Assembly: GCF_018977255.1 (NCBI RefSeq)
Contig: NW_024704742.1
Location: forward strand, 58,902,001 to 58,966,000
Reading direction: 5' to 3'
Length of the DNA: 64,000 nucleotides
Origin: Callorhinchus milii
Taxonomy: Eukaryota
Shown here: positions 61,479-64,000 of the stretch, piece after piece
Position numbering within the stretch: position 1 is the stretch's first letter
How the letters are laid out: every line of letters begins with the position of its first letter
Notes under the pieces: model-generated
The model's input: the letters and a program-made list of their open reading frames with translations, nothing else
Database searches by the model: none
Told to the model about the DNA's origin: nothing
Made by a program: the position numbers and the translations under genes

Positions 61479-64000
61479 TTTTTGACTTAACTTATGTATT
61501 TCATTGACAATTGGAATTTCAACTTTAACACACACATAGGAAAACACAGCTAGCTGAGTTCCTGTAAAACTCAGTGGGGGTAGATTCAAAACTAAATTAA
61601 TAATCCAGTACCACCTCCTCTCCGAACCAAAATGCTATAAAACTCAATGCAAGCTGGCTTTGCTCCATAGGATGCCCCAGCCTATACCACTGATGCTGCC
61701 AGATGAAAATATATGCCTCCCGGGCTCCAGAAAGTGAATATTTATTGAACAGTGGGATTCATTTTGAAACTTACTTTTCTAGGAAACCTATAGAGAGATG
61801 AATGCATTTAAGTACTTACTGTCCCACTAACTTCCTCTTAAAAACACGGGGACTATTACATTTCAAGGTAACACCGCACATAATGATTCTAGCCCTTGTT
61901 TACTTCCAGTGTTTATTCTCTCATAAGTATCTGCTGGAGTTAGTTAAAGATTCCAGTAAAAAGCAGAGCAGAAAATGGATGAGTGACTAATGAGCTGTCA
62001 TTTGCAGAAAAACAAATTGTATTTCTGAATGTGCTGCAGGGTGTACAGGATGCTGCAGCTCATCTTTTATTTGTTTTTAGAAAAACATCACTACCAATTA
62101 TATTACTTTTACTTCATAGTATTTGTGGGATATTGTTTACCGTGTCCACCTACAAAATACACAATCACTACACTTTATAGTTAATCCCTTGAAGTGCTTT
62201 TAGTCATTCACCCTGATGTGATGGGTGCTATATTGAATGCAAGGATTTTTTTTACACAAATGCTTCTCGAAATGGACGTTCTCACTGCAGTGTAGTAAAA
62301 TATCTGCTAAGACATTTTGCCATGTAACTGGACACTGGGGGAGCAGATAATAACTGACTCTTCCCTCTTGGACTCCTTCCTTCTGAAGAAGCATATGACT
62401 GAATTTGGTGACCCAGCAAAGTATCAGAATGAGCTACCGAATTGTAATATCATCACAATGCTAATTCTTACTGTGTATGAGTACTTTGCCAGATTTACCC
62501 CATAAAGGTCTGACGTTACCTCTGCTATTGATCTATTTTCCTGTAAAATTTAATGGAGTTTGCATTGGCCTGGCATTGTATTGCAGCAAGAGCCATGTTG
62601 TATTACAGCACTGCATCTTAAGTCACAGTTGTTGCCGTTGGGAAAATTTAACACTGAACTTTACCACCATTTTTATAAAATGTTCAGTATGCCTGGACTT
62701 ATTCTGTACGGAAAACAACCCTACGAGTGTGTTGTAGAGAATAAAGGATCTCAGGGCTCAGTTGATTTGAGCTTGATTTGAGCTTTTATGTTACACAATA
62801 TAATCTGAGCCCCCTGGTGTGTTGTAACACATTCCCAGCTATGTGTTAACCAAAATGATTGACACACGCACAAGCAATGAGCAAGTCCAGACCCTCAAGG
62901 AATCCATAAAACAGAAAACATGTCCAATTAGGCACTCATCACTAGAGCCAATTTAATGCCATGGCAGTAATATACTACATCTATGTGCAAACCCTTAAGT
63001 GTTCTGTGTCTCTGCAGTCCTTTACGGTAATGTTGCCTTTTATTTTCATGTTTACCTGCATCTGTCTAATAAACAACTTTGCTAGTCAGAAGATTCATCT
63101 GATCATATTGGTCTGTGGGGAACAGACTGATACAACGAATCAACGGTGGTTAAAACAATCAACATTAATGGGTATCATTAACTTTTCATGACTCAGCCAT
63201 ACACAATTTCCAATCAATCAATATCCAGGCCAAGCAACTGAATTACTTGTGAATTTATCTGCATTTTTCTCAGTTACTGTTTTTCATGGCTTGCAAGTTA
63301 TTTATGGAGCAGTAGCTGTTCATCGACTTGGAACAATTCATGCTAGCAGACACACAGCCTGCATCTGAAATCGCTTTACTTCTCTCTTTTTTTAAAACCC
63401 ATGTATTTTATTGACATGATGTGTTTAAATGTTGCTCAAAGCCAATGCAGATGGTTAGCATCTGGAGCAAAACTGTTCCCATTGACACGATAGTGGCAGT
63501 GTTACTAATTATTCAGGTATTATTTCGAAGGAAGAATGGAGGTGACAGGACCCTCATTAAGAAAAAATAGTGGGGTGCAAAATGTGCTCTGAAGTAATAA
63601 CTATTACCTTATGATAAGGATCACATTATTGTCTGGTTAATAACTGTAACAGGAGTGGCCATCTCCCCCTGACTTTACAGAAGACTTAAGAGAAATTTAT
63701 GGCACAGAAAAGGCCATTCGGCCCATTGTGTCTGTTATCAAAATGGTCGGGCCCAAAAAGTATGCCAGTTTCAGGGGTCTCAGATTAACTCTGCTTTTTT
63801 TCACCTAAATTACTGCACTCCATATCTGGCAAACACAGTGACAGCTGTAAGTGGCTACAGATTCAACCACTGTAACATTGTTGTTGAAGATAAAATGGAG
63901 GACACAGTTGTGGTTGATCATCCTCAGGGTGGAATTTTCTGAGTTGTGCCAATTATCAGCCTTTATTAATTTTAATCCCACTATACCTCCCCAACCGCTT

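Noticed and set aside
1..64000. CRISPR array, operon, viral insert or other prokaryote-type system
   Set aside because: No regularly spaced repeat-spacer array and no gene-dense or long coding segment; the dispersed repeats are SINE and LINE copies.

Overview
AT-rich, repeat-dense vertebrate non-coding DNA. The repeat set (tRNA-derived CORE/Deu SINEs, SacSINE1-like DeuSINEs, LF-SINE-like copies, L2 and CR1 LINE 3' fragments) points to a cartilaginous fish, plausibly a chimaera; this is an inference from recalled consensus sequences, not a database result. I cannot support any complete protein-coding gene. The supplied ORFs fall in SINEs, LINE relics, low-complexity tracts or unrecognisable sequence. 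The main non-repeat structure is a nearly SINE-free, locally CpG-richer, microsatellite- and G-tract-rich region at about 7.9-12.7 kb. It looks like a cluster of alternative promoters and first exons of an unidentified gene, most likely on the minus strand, but with splice signals on the plus strand too. The remaining ~50 kb looks like intergenic or giant-intron DNA with several enhancer-like islands. I found no clear new biological system. The best leads are: a chimeric SINE family caught in subfamily steps with a LINE-matched tail; two small DNA-transposon-like elements (TA-flanked foldback; 8-bp-duplication hAT-like); a tail-to-tail L2 hairpin; a possibly exonized LF-SINE and a chain of plus-strand micro-exons. 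Coordinates were read by eye, and repeat ends are approximate.
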